Assembly (NCBI GenBank): GCA_018398765.1
Contig: JAHBMJ010000447.1
Coordinates: 1-47,846, forward strand
From: Chromera velia
Taxonomy: Eukaryota
Reading direction: 5' to 3'
Length of the DNA stretch: 47,846 bases
A program made the position numbers and the translations under genes. How positions within the stretch are numbered: position 1 is the first letter of the stretch; each line of letters begins with the position of its first letter. Under the pieces are notes generated by a model. That model searched no databases. It worked only from the letters and a program-made list of their open reading frames with translations, and was not told the origin of the DNA. This document shows, piece after piece, positions 46,110 to 47,846 of the stretch.

Positions 46110-47641
46110 TCACCCGAACAAACCGGACAGGTCAAAGTCGAAGAGCCCCTTTCCCTTCTCTTCCACGCCTTTGCCCCCCTTCTCGTTCCCCTCTTCCTTC
46201 TCCATACCCTTCAGGGAGGGACCCTCAGGAACCGACAGAGGGCCCAGGTCCAGGGTTAGTGCCTTGGAGAGAGAACCCAGGGGGTCGCAGAAGAGCCCAG
46301 TGCACTCCTCTTTCCCTTTCCCTTCTTCTTTTCCCTCAACGTCCGCCTGTTGTCCCTGCACCTTTTTGTTTCCTGAAGGGTCTGTGTCTGGGGCGCAGAG
46401 TTCTTCCAGTTTTGTCACCAACTCTTCTTTCGTTAGAGACTCAAAGACTCTCCCCGTCTCGCCCCTTGGGGGGAGGTCCTTTGACTTCACGCCCGTCTCC
46501 TTCACGTCTGTGCACTCAGTCAGGCCGAACGAGGCGCTGTCTCTGCTTCAAGAGGACATGGACACGGACACGGACACACACACACACACACACACACGCA
46601 CGGACGGACGCATAGAGAGAGGGAGAAAGAGAGAGAGGGTCATGTGTACAAACATCAAGAAATGCAGATAGATAACTGCACCGACAAGCAGATATGTCCA
46701 GACGGGGAACCGTTTCAAATGGCCAGCCAGCCAGCCAGAGGCAAGTCCTTCCCTGCAGCTCACGAAGACCCAAAGGACAGTGAAAGAAAAAAAAGAAAAG
46801 TCCAAGAGGAGGTGATGATAGGAAGAGAAGAGCCTTCCTTGCAGAGAGAGGCGCATGCACCCACCCACTCCCCCCCCCTTCTGACTTTTTTGAGGGCTTC
46901 CCAGTTAATTCCCCCCCCAGGCTTTTCAGAGCCTCCAGGGATACGGGTTGCGAAAGAGACTCCATGATCCCCCCCCCCTTCCCCCCGAGGCCTTCCAGAG
47001 AGGAGAGAGCAGAAAGGCTGCTGAGGTCTAGCTGAGGGAGCCCCGCAGCCAGCCGCCGCTTGCCGATGAGAGCCTTCAGTCCGTCCAGATCCAGGGACCC
47101 TGAGGGAAGCTTCAGGTCCGCAGATTCAGAAGCCGAGAGCGAAAGGGGAATGCCCGACAGGGCTTCTCCCAACTTATCTAGACTCCCCCCCTCGGCCCCC
47201 GACAGCTTTCCCGAGGCCCCCCCAGGCAGACGGGGAAGACCGGACAGGCGCTTCAGGTTTTCTCCCAGGACTCCCCCCCCTTCCTTCCCTGGCCCCAGGC
47301 CGAGACTGTCAGGAAGGTTCAACTTAGAGGAGAAGAAAGAGAGCAGACTCGAACTATCCGCCAGAACGAGCACCTCACTCTCAACCTTCCTGCTGTTCCC
47401 GCACCCGTCCCGTAACTCCACCACCACCGAGATCAAATTCAAGACGCTGGTACCGCACGCCTTCAGAGGCTGGCCGCTGGCGAGTGCCTCCACGTACAGT
47501 GTGTCCGTTTCTCCGTCGTAAACGCAGCACCCGCCCTCCTTCTCTTTCTCCGTCTTCTCGTCCTTCCACCCTGAGGGACCGCAGCGGCACCCGAGGAATG
47601 CAGCAGAGATCTGGGAGACGTCAGTCGCCTCGGTGAGGAGT
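46110..47641 (-). CDS. Last two visible exons of an unknown gene (5' part beyond the window); Cys-containing domain followed by a Gly/Ser/Leu/Lys low-complexity tail
   Basis: Exon 47641-46869 (TTGCAG acceptor; LLTEATDVSQISAAFLGCRCG...GCCVYDGETDTLYVEAL...ELRDGCGN...; GTGGGT donor) joins in phase 1 to exon 46507-46110 (CACAG acceptor), which ends FDLSGLFG*. Confidence 0.6.
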
Positions 47642-47846
47642 CTGCAAGCATGCGTGTCCGATTAGGGAATGCAGGCAGGCAGCTGGACAGAGCAGAGTGG
47701 ACGAATGCCCAGAAAGCGGGGAAAAGAGGAAAAGGCGAAAGAAATTCTAAACAGAGCGCAAGACAACAGCCCGCATCTTCAAACAGAAAAAGCAGAATGT
47801 CCGACGAGATTTCAGTGACTCTTCTCTCCCCCCCTCCCCCCCCCCC

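Overview
Eukaryotic, intron- and microsatellite-rich genomic DNA. The gene style and the ankyrin/LINE content suggest an alveolate such as the chromerid Chromera velia (inference, not verified). The core is a head-to-head pair of RNA-processing genes that I spliced by hand into continuous reading frames: SF3B1 (minus strand, 17431-8178, 18 exons, about 1300 aa) and UPF2 (plus strand, 18281-34401, 37 exons, about 1376 aa). To the left are a SKP1/BTB-like multi-exon gene, a multi-pass membrane protein with a RING-like finger, an orphan ORF and an AT-rich element bounded by CACAGTG-initiated inverted repeats. To the right is a mobile-element zone: two 5'-truncated non-LTR retrotransposons plus an inverted mini 3'-end copy, all abutting (TA)n tracts; a foldback/MITE-like element; an ankyrin-repeat pseudogene; and the 3' end of an unknown gene. 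The most unusual observations are two short splice-site-containing duplications in UPF2 that share a 17-nt spacer motif and each offer a premature-stop isoform, a 5' splice-site consensus dominated by C at +3, the RSS-heptamer-like inverted repeats, and the (TA)n-associated LINE cluster. Most ORF-track entries are antisense or microsatellite artefacts.
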